DNA of 64,000 nucleotides from Tubiluchus corallicola (GCA_030141605.1 JAQGDQ010000081.1:372001-436000), one strand, 5' to 3'. Shown: positions 36,501 to 51,777, counted from the stretch's first letter. Made by a program: numbers and translations. Notes: generated from the letters alone by a model not told the origin.

Positions 36501-39500
36501 TACGAATCGTATGTGTGCCATAGTTGTCCAACTTTTGTAGGCAGAAAAAGTTGCGTGTCGAGGTCATAGGCGTTTTACAATGGTGCGAGAATCACAGGCG
36601 CTGTAAGAAGTTGCTAGAAATTTTGCAGCAGTTTTACCAACGATTTTAGTTGGGTATTTGACGGATAATAGTCGCAGTGTGCGACTGTCCAGTACCAAAC
36701 AAATAAATTTTATCGCTTTATCGGTGATACTAAACACTGGGTAGGAAATTACTTCATACTGTACTATCATTATACTATTATGAAGGAAATATTATTATAT
36801 TGACTGACTTTAAAATATCGTAAAGTATTAAGTACGGAATACGAAACAAGTTTTTTTTTCAATATACTGTATTGGATGATACACCACTAAAAACGGCGCA
36901 AAACAGTAAAATAGAAACATGAGAAATGCTCGATCCATTTGTATTTTTTCACTGACGCAGCTGAGAGCGAACAACGAACACATTGCTTGCCTTTTTTGGT
37001 TTACTATTACCACCCCCTCCGTCTCCCCGACTGTGACTTGTTTTGCTTTTAGGGATTTACGACCTGTGTGTTGGGTCAGGCCGCGCATTTCGGTGAAATA
37101 TGACTTGTTTTCCCTCTCGGGACAGTAAGAGGAACCTTTGTTTGTAACATGGCAGAGATCTCTGACCCCTGCCTCGACCAAAATCAAATAAGGACATTGA
37201 TTCTATTTATCTCCGCATCAGGGCATGTTTATACGAAGCCACTCGTAAAACTTACTCGCTTCTGGGTCTTGTGCAAATTCGCTTACATTTTCAAAATTAA
37301 GGATAAAATCAGAGAGGCGCTTCATTCGTACCTACCGAGGCTACAAGTCATACTAATCTTTATTGTAGGATATGATAAAAGCACATACGTGTTTTGAATG
37401 ATCTGACAACCTAGGTTAATTCAGTGGCCAAGTAATTGCTTAGTTTCAGTAGTAATTACTCTAGCGTGAGCAGAGTATAACTTAGAAATGCCTGACACAT
37501 TGATCAGCTATTGGAGTTGAATCAAAAGGGGCTGAATAGTCTAGGAAGCTATGATTGTTGAGCTTGCAATTCGAAATCACTTGGTTCAATATCAGATTCA
37601 GGATTATTTTCGATTTTTTTTGTATTTCTTTATTTCGGCTAAGTTTAGAGGCAAAAATTTAGTTAATTGTGGAGCTATTTCATTATTAATTAATAATTAT
37701 GTAGTTAGGACTACCTGCATGTTAATGATAGCCGGGTTTAACCATAAACATTCTACTCAAAGTCAGCGATTAACATTCTGTTGTTTTTCTTGCCCAAGTT
37801 GTCTTTTTGCTATATTAGTTCATAGATCTTTTTGCTACAGTTGTTATTGCTACAATTTCAGTTTTTTCTTGTTACGTGAATACTTTTTAATTAAATTTTT
37901 GAAGATAAACTGCATATTTTGACGAGTGCACCTTGCCCTTCCACACTCGTTCTGCTTCAATTGAACACGCATTAGAAGTATCAGAGGAGCCCACGTGAGA
38001 ATCATTTTACCGCTGCGTTCTGTTGTTGATGAGTTTTGCTGCACTAATCATAACACTCCACAGCATCCGACATCAGTACCAGATGAGTACGCTGCAGTAC
38101 GCACGCTTGCTTGGAGGTTGTCGTATCCTGTCTGTTTTGTAGAAGTAAGAATCTCGGGATGACGCTGTTTTGATAGATGTAGGATAAAGTTTTGACAAAA
38201 ATGTCATAAATTAGGAAATTGTTTTGGTAGCTGCAGGACTAGTGGAAATAATGAAAACAATTTCAGAGCAATTATCACTTCCAGATAAACGATTTTACTT
38301 GGATGTTTTCCTAGGAGCTGGGAGGCCAGGGATCCACGTGCCAAAATAATTACATCGTTAATTTATTACTTTTGTTTGAGGTGGAACAGAACTGGCGATT
38401 TGCAAAATTGAAATGTCGCCATTAACCTTGCAACTCGATAGGGCGTCTGCCTTCATTTGTAGTTCATAGTGTCAAATGCACGCTTTCAACGCGAATAATA
38501 AACTCATCCATTTAAATTTTCTTCAAGCATGGACCAGAAAGTGGTCTGGCCGATTACTATAACATTTAAATGTCTTAAATGGGAAATACAAGCTGCAGTT
38601 ATTCTAAAATAAATTATAGGTGTAGAACTAACATTATGCTCTACCCCATTACTAATGGCTTCCATAGCTTACCAACCCTTGGAATGCATGCTGATTCAAC
38701 CAGCCCCACGCTTAGGCTTCATACTGGACCCATTTGCATGTGATAAACAAAAGCAATCCACTCTTGACGAGCAGGCGTTGTTCATGTTATCACAATAAAC
38801 ACATCATCTAGTTTACTAGCCGTGCTCACGTGCGTTACATATTGTAGAATAAACTTGCAAACTAGGAGGGCGACAAAGAAGCCACATTTCTAAAAGTTTA
38901 ACTTTCAAACATTGTAATGATTTTAGATATAAACAGTATAAAATGATGTAGAGGTAAACAATGCAACGATTGCAGAATCAAACAATATAATTGAGGTAGG
39001 TGCAAACAATGTAACATTATTGTGTTTAAGTTAAAAAAGTTAGGGACAATTATTACACCTTGCGATACACCACGATACGATTCACATTAAATTCTAAAAA
39101 AACGTTTGCTGAAACGTTATATACATGGTTTAAAAAACTTTGTTGTGAGATTATTATTAATTACGAATTGTTGTCCGTCTCTTCGGAATAAATTTGGAAA
39201 TTTTTATACTACCGTGTCCATGGTAAAATGGAATTTGTTGCACGTTTCGTTGAAGGGGACACAATTGAATGTGTTCATAACCGTAGAAAATCGAAAATCG
39301 TAAAAATTTGACACCTGCTTGCGATGTCAGCCATAACAGCATTTTAATACAGATAAACGTGTCGTAAACTTATAACAGCCGTGTTTCTGATAACATTAAA
39401 GTCACTACACAACAGGTAGTTAACTCTTTGCAAGTTAAGCGTGGCTGTCTGGGATCCATTTAATAACACGTATAAAAACTTCAATTTTGGGCGAGGTTCG

Positions 39501-41963
39501 ACTTCTGTACACGAGTCTGACACATGTCATTGGCTGCAACATTGCTTTTTGGCCTGAATTCCATCTACTGGATTTAGTGACCGTTGCAAGTGCTAGCCCC
39601 GAAGCGTTGTTTTATAGGCATAATACTTTTATAATTATAAGTTGTATTTGTATTTATTGGTAGAGGAGTTATAGTTGGTTGACGCCCATACTAGTGCAGA
39701 GAAATGATATTTTAAAGCTTTTGATTTGACTCGTAGTGTTCAGAATCTAATAAATAGACCTGTAATAACTGGACGATGAACGAATTGAACTCTGTATTTT
39801 ACTGTTTTCATTAATTGTGTTTTTTACAATTTAAACACTTTTAGGGCGCTGTCACAAGTCTTTATTCGCTTACTTCTTTCGAAATTCGAATGTGACATCC
39901 ATGTCACACTTACAATTTTTGATGTACGACTAAAGCCATCTCTTCACAATTTTATCCCTTCTTTCACTAGTTTCGCATAAATCTAATGGTAGCTAAGAAA
40001 AGTTGGCCGATTAAAGTATAATTTTGCATTTGTTCAATTGTAGTGGAGCGACAAAGATCGATAGTGTGTCAGCGAACTTACGCGTATTTTGCAAGCACTC
40101 TCTATGCTCGAAATTGTATCAGCTTCACTTGTATAGTAAGAGAAGTGTTTCTAATGTATAAGGCGATACTCTTGTATACATATTGCATTAACCCACTGGT
40201 CGGAATAATCTCATTTGGTTGTCTACGTCCAGAGAGCTTATTAGTATACAGGCTGCAACTCGGAACGATTTGAGTTGGTTTAATTCGCGTAGGAGGTCTG
40301 TTTCCCTGCCTCAGATTTAATTTTCGAATCTAACGATTAGTGGTGTGCCTGTAGGACTTTAGTTCCTTATTATTGTTGTAATGATGGTCTGTAAAGAAAC
40401 ATCAGTTCATGGCACTTAAATGTTCCAAACTCAATACCGGTAAGTCCTAATGACCAACAGAATGGCTCAGAAGACAGTATCACCAGTCTATTATGACCAG
40501 TGGCTAGAAGGATTAATTTCAGTCACACCAGTGACTCTAAACTAAATTTATCGGTGCTGGATAATGAGGTATGCTTTGCGATAACGATATGTTTTTCGTT
40601 GGAATAATGACTTGACCTAGGAAAATACTAGAACACCATGTAGGAATTTACTACAAACGAAGACTGCTGTACAAGACATTTCGTTCCTAATCTGATCTTC
40701 AATCTCTATGTTTTGATAAAGTGTAATTTGTATACATATAAAATATCACATTTTGTGTTGGCTGTCTAGATGGTTTCCTTTCTTTCTGGCTTGTTACAGT
40801 CATGTTTGGTTTTAAGATACAAGTACCTTAGCCTGAGCTTGTATTATTCTTAAATGATCTGGGTCAAGAATGGCATTAGAAAGTATGATGAGGTGAAAGA
40901 TATGATTCATTGCATTCTATGAATAATAGAAGAGTTGTGATTGAACGTGTATGAGCTATAGGTATATGTTTAGGGCGCTACATGCTTGTGAATGCACAAC
41001 GAAGAAAATACATTGATAGATACTCATGAGAAAAAATGCCTTTATTGCTTCTGTGCCTGTATACCTTGAGTCATGGCTTTTAATTCATTGCAATAGTTTT
41101 GCAGCAGAGCGTGTTTCGTGCGGTACCAAATGTCTTCTCGATTTTTACGAATTTACTCGGGAGATAATCTTTCTCACCATTGTGATTTCAATCCTGACGA
41201 ATTCTTTGTCCGGGTTTAAGAACGGGCAATTAGCTGAGTTTAGTGATGTCGCCAAACAAGCCGGGTCTGAAGATTGCTTCTCGAGTGGACGGGATCCAAT
41301 TAACCCTTTCTCTCTCATTCTACACAGCTTTTGTTTTTTATTACTTAGCCCTTCGTTGCATAGCCTTGTATGAAAAGATTAGTGACGCAACTTGCATGGA
41401 TTAGTGAACAAAATGTACACTATGTACAGCATGCTTGTGTGCATTAGCATACTGTACTTAATGATACGCAAATAATGGCTTTCCAGATATCTGCCGAAAT
41501 GTCACTCTGTCCACCAAATTCAATCTGAACTTCTGCATATTACATGTACGCATGCTTCATAACCGTATTAAGCCAGAATAAACACCAGGCTGTTTGGTCA
41601 CTATTACCAAGTGGACGAGCGTGTGTTTATTTAGCGGACAGCGTCCACTCTAAGTTTCTGCAAGCCTCGGATTCTGATTGTTGTATCGCACTGGCTGAAA
41701 TAATTTCATGGAGATTTTGGATATTACGGGACTCACGCGAGTGCAAGATTTATGTTGATTTGCAAAGTCTAGACGATATGTTCATGAATGTTGTACATCA
41801 TTAATGCAGATTTTCGTTGGGGTTGCATTTGTATGTTTACACGCGGTTGCTGCAGTGCTCTGATAATCGTTTTATGACTAAGAAGCTTATTATGAACTCT
41901 CGTTTAGAGAAGAACGGAGAGCATGAAGTAGTAGACTTCTTAAATAATAGTTTTTTAAGTCTT

Positions 41964-42039
41964 TAATCCAAATTATAGTCCCTTATACGGTGTAATCTTG
42001 TAATCCCAAATTATAGTCCCTTATACAGTTGTAATCTTA
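41964..42039. repeat. Tandem duplication (about 38 bp, two copies)
   Basis: taatcc(c)aaattatagtcccttatac.g.tgtaatctt occurs twice. Confidence 0.92.
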
Positions 42040-42108
42040 AGTATATCCTTAGTTACCCCAATGAAATGTTTATAGAACTGACTTGAAATAACGTGGGTTT
42101 CCAAAACT

Positions 42109-42343
42109 TGTGTGTGCGTGTGTGAGAGAGAGAGAGAGAGAAAAGGAGGAAAGGAAGGAGAGAGAGAAAGGGAGAGAGAGGAAGAGAAAGAGGGAGAGAG
42201 AGGAAGAGAGAGGGGGAGAGAGAAAGGAGGGAGAGAGAGAAAGAGGGGGAGGGAGATGGAGATGGAGAAGAAAAAGAGTGAAAGGAGGAGGAGGAGAGGA
42301 GGAGGAGGAGGAGGAGGAGGAGGAGGGGGAGAAGGAGAGGAAG
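42109..42343. repeat. (TG)n-(GA)n-(GGA)n purine-rich low-complexity tract
   Basis: Directly visible. Confidence 0.95.
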
Positions 42344-42820
42344 ATTGTTCTTATTTATAGTATTTATAATAGTATGTTGACCAGTTATTGATCAGAAACT
42401 GGATTTGAGTATTCAGTATTCCTACTACATAATCTTTAATGAATACTGAATGCGAGCGTATTTGCATTCCACCAATCAAACCTTGCATGATGATTGCCTT
42501 ATTCCATTACATCCTGGTCACGTGTTTTTGATACTTGCCCTAATATGTAATGAGGACTGGCCTTATAAAGGCAATTAGATGAATTAGCTTGCCATGCAGT
42601 GCCAATGTAGTACGCCATTGTGCTAGTGACAGAGCATTGATTGCATCAGAACTATTTAATAAGGATCTTATTATTAGTTATGCAAGTATGAAGTATGACG
42701 CCTGTTTTGAAGGGAAGCCTTACTTGGCCACGGGTTTTATACTGAAAATTATTCTGGGAATCGGGTCGTCGAAAACCACAGTATGTTTAACTTCCTTAAA
42801 ACGAACCCAAGTTTTTAGTT

Positions 42821-43150
42821 AATTGATTAATCAATTAACTGTTAAATAACTCACCTAAAGAGATGTTTTAGCAGTGATGTTTTAATATTATATACAGTTG
42901 AAATTTGGGTTTATATTAAAGAACAACTAACCTTAGAACAAATTTGCTGCAAAAGGAGACCGTTTGATCATTTGTGGTAACTGGCAACATGGAGAAAGCA
43001 ACTAAGCCTGAATTCTCTTCCGTATATAGCAGTCACACCTGCGCCACCTGTACCCTTGAACAGTTGGTTGTTACGATTTAGTTAATTAATTGATCAGTTA
43101 ATCAATTAACAGATAGTTAACTCACTTAAGGAGATGTCTGAGCTGTGATG
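42821..43150. repeat. Diverged direct repeat pair (about 60 bp) at ~42821-42879 and ~43088-43150
   Basis: ttaatcaattaac....taactcac.taa.gagatgt.t.agc.gtgatg occurs in both. Confidence 0.75.
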
Positions 43151-43363
43151 AGCCATAATTAATTGACCATAACTTATTGACCATTAATTGACCATGACCA
43201 TAAGTGACCATAGCCACTGGTTTCAGATTCAAATCTCGATGTATTTCACTATTTTACACTACCTCCTTCTGCAACAAATTTATTGAAAAGCTAATTGTCA
43301 GAAATCGTAAGCCATTATAAATATAACTCATTATTAATTATGACTAATCATAGTCAAACATAC

Positions 43364-43535
43364 CTTTGAAATTAAATTTTATTAAATGGCTTAATTTTAT
43401 TTTAAAGTGACATTGTATTTTACCATCTTACCACTCGTTTTACTATTTTGGCTATTCACAGTCAAATCATCTCTTTCAAATTAAACTTTATTAACTGTGT
43501 TAATTTGTATTAAAGCGACATGTATCTTACCGTTC
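43364..43535. repeat. Diverged duplication (about 65 bp at ~108-bp spacing)
   Basis: cttt.aaattaaa.tttattaa.tg..ttaattt...ttaaag.gacat.gtat.ttacc occurs twice. Confidence 0.7.
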
Positions 43536-46500
43536 ATTTTTTCCCATTTTAGTGTTACTAAAATGTTCAGAACACGGTTTCTTTCTAGTCTGCCACAACT
43601 AAAATTCTTGGTTGGTTTAAATGACCCTTTTCACTTGATTTTAGTATCTTAAGGCGTAACAAGGCTTAAACTTTTTACTACTGTGAAGTGATTCACCATG
43701 GCGTCTGCTTTATCTTACGTAGTTAGGCCTAAGTGCTTCTGAAATGGTTTTCTTTTTACCTTGTGCGTTAGCGGTCCTCTAGTTATCATGCTGCTCAAAT
43801 TTTGAGCTCCGAGAAGATGCAATTTTCTTAGTTACACTAATCTAATGTGGCAGCAGCAGTGGTTGCTAATGTATTCTTCCCACTGAAGAGCTATTGCCTC
43901 TTGTTCTAGCAAGCCAATATAGGAAGGTTATTTCATTCTCTAGTGGAAGTAACCAAACGTGAGAACTTCAGAGCTATTGCGCTGTGTACAAACTACAATG
44001 TACAAGTTCTATTAGTTGATAACTTTAATCCAGTTATATTATAAGCTGGTCCAAACTAGGATCAACTTTTGCTTCATATAAACGCTACTGCAGGCTTACT
44101 GGTCCGAACAATAAAAAACTCTGTACTTTTTCTCATACCGTCTGTTTTGCATAATATGCATTGCCTGAGGAAGTGCTTACTTATGTGCAAGGTGTTGCCC
44201 TATATGAGAAATCATGGATGAAATGAAAAATAGTGGGACTTTGATAGTCACGGGTGTCGAACAACTGAAGTGGAATTCTTTTGACCTGTTTTAAGTAATC
44301 TTAGTAACTGTTACTTGTTTTATTTTACTTTTGGTTTCCTGTAAAGACGTTCAGTTGCTTACTAGAGTTTCCCTCCAGTTTTCCGAGCAGTAGCGCACCG
44401 GATGCGGGTGGGTTGGGTTTTTTATGGGTGATTGTTTGGTAGTAAATTGAATCTACGGAGCATTGCCGCTCGTTAGATTGATCCTTCCATGATGCGAACC
44501 TTTAGATAGTTATGCAAATTAATTACTTGAGCTGAGTAAATTCATCAGTTGAGCTTGCAATCCAAATGTTTCCTAGTTCAACTCATACCTTATTCTCAAT
44601 TAACTTCTTCTTATATTTATAAATGTATAAATTTGCTATGTATAACCGATTATATTAATCTTCAAATGAGGCAACATGTAGAGGACTTAATGGTTATATG
44701 CTGCCCTTGCATTTTAGCAGTGGTTTTTGTATTTTGTTGCATACTGCACTTTTTACAATGTGTGCGAAATAAATATCCAAAATCTAAATTTTCTTCCTTT
44801 CGGTCAAATTTAGCTTCAAAAGGTCATATGTTAGGAATCATTGTATAGCTTACACAGTTTACAAAGTTATCAGTTTACAGTTTTTTTTCGATAGCTTAAT
44901 ATATATTAATTACAGAACACAACTTAGTGATACTCGTGTACAACGTATAACGTTACTACAATATCTTTTTCATTACGCTAAAACAAATTAGTTCACACCG
45001 AAAATTGGTCTCTTATTACGTTCAATTGAAATTAAAAAATATCAAATCTGACCATGTTCTTGAAGTTATTTGTCAAGAATGATTAACTGACAATCAAAAG
45101 TTTTTTGGAAAATCCGACCGTTTATTATGTTGAATATTAATTTCCGTGTTGACATGCTTAAACTGAATTTTCTGAATAAGCCGGATTCAAATTTTTGTAT
45201 AACGAAGTCAAAGCAATGCTGCAACAACATGTAAATATTGAACAGAGTTTGATGGTTTATTTTATTAACAGCTAAAGTGCTGCAGAGTGACTATTTGGTT
45301 GCCATTTCTAATTAACCAAGTTAGTGCTATAATCCTTCCATGTTTGCATTTCTTCCTGAGTGTCTTCAACGCTGAAGAGAAGAAAAAACTTCCCTGGGAT
45401 TTGATTTCGGCAAGAGGAAAATGTGGCTTTAGTTAGCATTATAAACTCGGCGTCTTCAGGGCGGATCTAGTTGAGGTGGTAAGATGACCCGGGTGAACCT
45501 TCTGTGAGCTTTTCTAACATTACTGAGTTGCATGGTCATAACAAATAATATTTCTGTTCATTAATTAAGAGCACTTTATTGGTTTAATATTGAGGTATAA
45601 GCACTCAGAATCCAACCGATTCTTTACTTGTACATCTAACCACTATTCTGACCGCGAGATGGTAGGAAAGTCGCTAGAACTGCTAAGCCTGCTGGGCTTT
45701 GTTAAGCTGATTTGGTATTCTGAAGCGGTGATCTTCACTGGCCATTTTAGTTGTGTTCAAGCTCTTTCTACTGCATTTTCTTCATCCCTCAGCTCTTGGG
45801 AATCAATTAACTCATGTTTTTCATGCGCTATGGTCTTTGTGGGAACTCTCATCGGCGCATAATTTCAAGTCAAAGGTACCGAGTCTTCTGATGCCGAGAT
45901 GAAAGTGGACGTCTCTTTTTCGCAGCAATTACTCATTACAAGCGGGATTCGCGACTTTTAATTTTCATCACTTTCTTGGCTTTTTCCAAAATTTGTAATA
46001 ACGAAGCCGTACAACTTGCAACACACTGTCATATCATATGCTCATTGATCTTCTAGCAGGTGACGCAGTTGAACCAATAGTAGAGTCTAACGCTTTTAGT
46101 CACTTTAACACGATGATTATGATTATAAAATTGCTGTTCATTTGGTGATTGCCTAAAAATTTAGCACTCAAATTACATCTTTAAGAAAATGTTAGTAACT
46201 TTTTAATGCAACAATGCATTTTAATCATGACAATGCGAAGATAATAAACCTAGTGGATTATGCTAAACAAGCAAATAACCCAGCTGCAGACGAACTGATG
46301 AAAGAAAAAGACGCATGAAATTTGTGAGTCAGTCGCGAGTTGAACCACAAATGTTACGATTAGAAACCATATGTTTGCTAACCATGAATGTAAGCCCGAA
46401 TTACTGTTTCGTTTTGTATTTTGCAACCAAATTTCTCAGGCAAATGAGCTAAAGAAACACTCGATATCTAGAAATCTTTATTTTTCACTTCGATGATGGT

Positions 46501-46862
46501 ACAATGGCGTCTTGGTGAATAAACGTTGAGTTACACATCCCTGGAAGCTAACACCCAGAGACATGAAGACATAATCATTCAAGTCATTGTATATAATTAA
46601 GTGAGTGTTTGTAAACTCCAGCATCCAGTGCTCTTTTGATCTTTTCCGTTTGTAGCTCACTTTCTTACTAGCAAAGAACACAACCTTATTCTCAGCTGGG
46701 TCACGGGATCTAAAGACTAGGCATTGGTCAAAACGTTCCAGTAATAAATATTGAACATTGTTTACAAGTAGAATTGGGTTATAAACTGTATAAGTTTAAG
46801 TTAGCTGAATTGAGCGTGGTGTGATGGCGAATATTTTATTGTTCCTCTCTCCATCTTGCCGT

Positions 46863-46881
46863 TCTCTCTCTCTCTCTCTCA

Positions 46882-46916
<35 letters not shown>

Positions 46917-46929
46917 CCTCACTCTCACA

Positions 46930-46962
<33 letters not shown>

Positions 46963-46977
46963 CTCCTTCTCTTTCTC

Positions 46978-47021
<44 letters not shown>

Positions 47022-47065
47022 CCTCCCTCCCTCCCCCTCTCACTTTCCTCTCTCACTCTCTCTCG

Positions 47066-47114
<49 letters not shown>

Positions 47115-47121
47115 ACTCTCA

Positions 47122-47193
<72 letters not shown>

Positions 47194-47249
47194 CCTCTTC
47201 TCCCTTTTTTCTCTTCTCTCTCTCCTCTCTCTCTCTCCTCTCTCTTCTT

Positions 47250-47327
<78 letters not shown>

Positions 47328-47341
47328 CCTCTCTGTCTCTC

Positions 47342-47384
<43 letters not shown>
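46863..47384. repeat. Long interrupted (CT)n microsatellite, followed by a pyrimidine-rich tract to ~47640
   Basis: Directly visible. It is the source of the SL and RE dipeptide ORFs. Confidence 0.99.
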
Positions 47385-47387
<3 letters not shown>

Positions 47388-50300
47388 TGCCTGTGACGGA
47401 TGACGTTTCTCGCTTTCTCTGGTTGCTTGCCTTTGTCTGCATTTATCTCTGCCTTCCAGTCTCTTTTCCTTTCGTTTTCTCTTCTCTTGTTTTCCTTTCC
47501 TTTTTTACTTTTTTGTTTTTTTCTGGCCCCTTCTTTCTCCATTTCACCTTTCCTTTTCTCTTCTTGCCTCTCTTCAGATTTTTCATTTCTGCGTCGTTTT
47601 TTCGTCTTTTTCTTTCTCTTTCTCTAGCTCTCACTCGCTTGTATCACCCTTGTCGTCATACTAATTCCAAAATATACGATTTTTGTTGCGAGTTTCTACT
47701 ATGTGGCATTATCCTCTCAAGGGAAAAATTCATTTTCTTTCCAGAAACGAAGACGGTTTGTTTGAAAATTTGCACATTTTCTTCAAATGATCAGAGCAAA
47801 TAGGTCGTGTTTGGGCAGAACGATATTCATTGATCTATCTGTAAAGCCTGTGAATAAGTTCAGTGAACAGCTGTACTCGTCAAACAGAGACGTTGAATCA
47901 TATACAAACAAGTTCAACTAAATTTCCATTATAGTGACAGAATGGAGTTCTAATTAGCACAAGATTCGGGTTTAAATTCACTCCTAACGACTGAGACAAG
48001 GTTCTTCAAAGTTACTTTTCTCTTCAGTTATTTATGGGCATGCAGTACCAGCGATATTTGTTTCACGACATTTTACCTTATATTTACTTTATCAGACATT
48101 TAGCTGTTACAACCTTGATACATTTTATTGATTTAAATTCTTTATAATGTTATAGATCCGCCCCTCGCGAGAAGCCCCTTTGTTTAAAGTGCACACAGCC
48201 ATTTCTTAATTAATGTGCGTGACGTCACGCTCAGAATAATTATGTAAAATTATGCGAGTTATTGATGAGTGGATTGGCAAACAGTTTGTTAATTTCAGTG
48301 ATTTATTTATTGAAACATGTTGTTGAGTGGTGAGCGATGTGGGAAAATAAAGAACACTATAGTTGCAGCGTGTAAAAATTGTACAGCATGACAGGTTTGA
48401 TAAGTTTAATAATTAGTTCGTAATTTGTGTTGTAATTCCTATTTTGACACGTGTTAATTGTAGTTCTTGCAACCGTGTATCTAAATTGGTTAAACCCATG
48501 CGTTTACTGGGTTTACAGTACAGATTTTAGTAACATTTGTAATTTCGTTTTAATCAAAGGTAATAGTTGGGATTTCATATATTGTGTGCTGCACCTGTGT
48601 TGTCACCTATGGCTTAATGTCAGAGTCATGAAACTGTAGCATTCTTCTTTCATGGGGACTTTTACCCCGCATGATCCCAACACTGAGTGTTTTACGTTTT
48701 TGAATGTTTATTATCTCCTGTTGATACTATCGGTTTTTGCGTAGTCTTAGCTTAACTGTTTATAGCTTGGACGCTGTATATAGCCGAAACTACTGCACTT
48801 CATCTACTGTTTATCACTCAACAGTCATAAAACACGACTTAAATTGACTTTATACTCGGCTTCTCAAGCATCAAAATTCGACCGAATGAAATAATTAGGC
48901 ATCAACACGCTTCATTACCGCACTTTATTGATTAATATTGACTGGGAAACCTGCCTTTCTTTGCAGCAGCCCTGGCAGCAGCAGCAGCGTCAGCAGTAGA
49001 GTTCTGGCTTCGTCAAACGTAAGGTGTGCGACGCGACTCTCAGACGGTTGGCTTCATCTTAGTTAAACAGGTCGGGGACTCGCGCTATATTGTGTTTCGT
49101 GAATAAGACGCGGATGGATGCGTGAAAACCGTTAGAGGTAAGTTTTAAACTGATTTTTTGCTTTGGTGTACAAGATATTCTGAAAAAAGTGACATTGGTT
49201 TTGCTCTGCTTTTTTGATTTTCCATATATTGCTTGGGCAAAGTGCCAGATTGTCACATGTGTTATTCACATTCATGAAGACAAGAGTTACAGATGCACTA
49301 TTGTAAAACACCCAAATATGCTGAGCAGTTTCACACATACACCGTTCCTAATATTATCAATAAGTTCCCCAGTAATATTAAATTCAAGTTGTTTAACAGT
49401 AAGTTGTTTAAAGAATTAAAACAGCATTCTAAGTAATGGCTATATATGCCAACTACATTAATGTAACTTAGCATGATAACTCTCGTAATGGTAACTTTTA
49501 TATCACTCTTGTAACTCTTGTAGAGTATTCTGTTTTTCCGGTGGCTGCCACGTCTGCAACCTTACAGGTTTTTTGTGGTAGTCTCCTTGACAAATTGTCA
49601 CATTGTATGCGCAATATTTTATGTTGAATATTGTCTAAATAAATTGTCTACTACTGCTGCTGCTATTTATGGAGTAAAAATTACGTTAATTTTTGCAAAA
49701 TATTGCCACTAGAACTGACCAGAAATCATTTCAGAGAGAAAACATGTTTGTATGAACGTTTATAGTGAAACTCATATAATACACAGATAGATGGACCGCT
49801 TAGAAGGACTGCATTGATAGGAAACTTATTTTTTGAGCTTCTAAACTCTATATGCTTATTATTTTAGTGCAGTTAACTATCAATGCTGTTAGTGTTATTC
49901 AGGTGTACTCAGAATAATAGTTCCTAAATTAATTGTTCGAAATGCTTTTGCACGATCGCTGGAAGTACTGTATAGTTCAAGTATGAAGCGGTTACCTCTT
50001 GATTCAGCGTGTTACGGTAGCTTACTTAAAGGCGGTTAACCAACAGTATCCATACAGGTCACATTGAGGAACATTGGCTGCACACATATGCGTGTCCCCA
50101 CATCTTCACAACAAATTGGTTCGGTCGATCCAAGCCCTCATGACTTGTGGCCCGCTGTCGTTTTTCTCGCCTGTTAACTGTGAACAGTTCACTTCGCGAA
50201 ATAAACTGCCAGTTCGAAAAGATTAATTCTGTTCCGGTGCCATCTTGTAAACTTTCAGTAAGGCTGAGAAATTTTAGTTTATCTAATGCATACGAAACGA

Positions 50301-51577
50301 TGCAATTCCCCCACGTGTGCAGTAAAATTCATCAACAAACGTTTTAACAAATGAAAACCCGCGCAATAAAATCGTTTGCGGTTTTATAATGTTGTAGCAA
50401 TAAAAAACCTTGCATTTGCCTCTGCACGTTGAACTTGAAAATTGCTGGGATGTGGGATTTTAAATGTGCAAAGTAGAGTTCTGCGTGTTGCGTGTGCATA
50501 TGTGTGATGTGTGCATGCGTGCGATGCGTGTGATGTGTGCATGAAGACTGCAATACAGTTGCACCTGTGCGAATCATGATAATTAACGATATGGGGCAGT
50601 CTAAATTTAAAATATTGTTTGTTTGGTTGCTTTGTGTGCTTATTCGTTCGATTAAGCTTTCGTTCGCTCTTTCGTTTAATCGTTCGTTGGCTCGTTTGCT
50701 TATTTTGAAAATAGTTTCATGTACTTTTTGTTCGTTCATTTGTCTATTCGTTTATTTGTCGGCTTGTGTGTTCATTTCTTTCCTGATAAACCTATTTACT
50801 ATGCAGGGCTATTTGTTTGCTTATCTTTTTGCTGGTTCGTAGTTCGTTTTCTGTCCTCATTTTTTCGATTGTTTTTTCTTCATTCTTTTTGTCCGTCCGT
50901 CCCCGTCAGTCTGTCCGTCCGTTCGTTTGCATTCGTTCGTTCGTTCATTCATTTATTTATTATTCTTTCATTATATTGCCGTAAACTTCACTTACTAACT
51001 TACAATTATTAAACTTCATACTAACTTACAACAGGCAGCATTTTTAGCAAATCTCTCAGATTGCTTGCTGTCAGAATGATCCCCATTTGTCTGACCTTGA
51101 TCTACCTAAGTGAGTTAATTGAGGCGGCTTGTATTTTCTTACTAAATACACATGCAGCTCATTCATGCAGGTGAGCAATTATTTCACCTGTGCACGTTTC
51201 TGATTGATCTTCAACAGGTTACTGTAACAATGGGAAAAGTATAATGTAAACAAGAAGCCGGTGTGTTATTGGGTTTCCTGCATGTGTACGTGCTGTATAG
51301 ATTGAGTTTAATGTAAAAAGCTTTATGGTTTTGTTTTGTGACAAGAATAAGTGGGTTAAAGAAGTTAGAAAATTAATGTTACAACTGAACCTGTTCCAGG
51401 AATTAGACCAAAATGGTCAGTCCTGTCGTTTTCGTTGTTGCCGTCGTGGACACAATCATTATTATGTCCTTTACAAAGCATTTTAATATCCTAATTTTGG
51501 AATAAGAGAAGAGAGGGAATGACCATTGAAATATGTGAGGTGGTATAACAGGAGGAATGAATGGTAACAGAAACGCC

Positions 51578-51585
51578 GAGAGAGA

Positions 51586-51652
<67 letters not shown>

Positions 51653-51737
51653 AGAGAAGAGAGGTGAGAGAGAGAGAGGGAGAGACAGAGAGAGTGAGAG
51701 AGGAAAGTGAGAGGGGAGGGAGGGAGGGAGAGAGAAA

Positions 51738-51776
<39 letters not shown>
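51578..51776. repeat. (GA)n microsatellite
   Basis: Directly visible. Confidence 0.97.

Positions 51777-51777
<1 letters not shown>

Noticed and set aside
46821-47803. Long SL-repeat and RE-repeat ORFs (up to 315 aa), and similar ORFs at 42110, 51664 and 62227
   Set aside because: Translations of CT/GA microsatellites, which contain no stop codons.
45457-48165. gggcggatcta inverted pair as TIRs of a 2.7-kb DNA transposon
   Set aside because: Only 11 bp match, there is no target-site duplication and no transposase. More likely independent fragments of a common MITE family.
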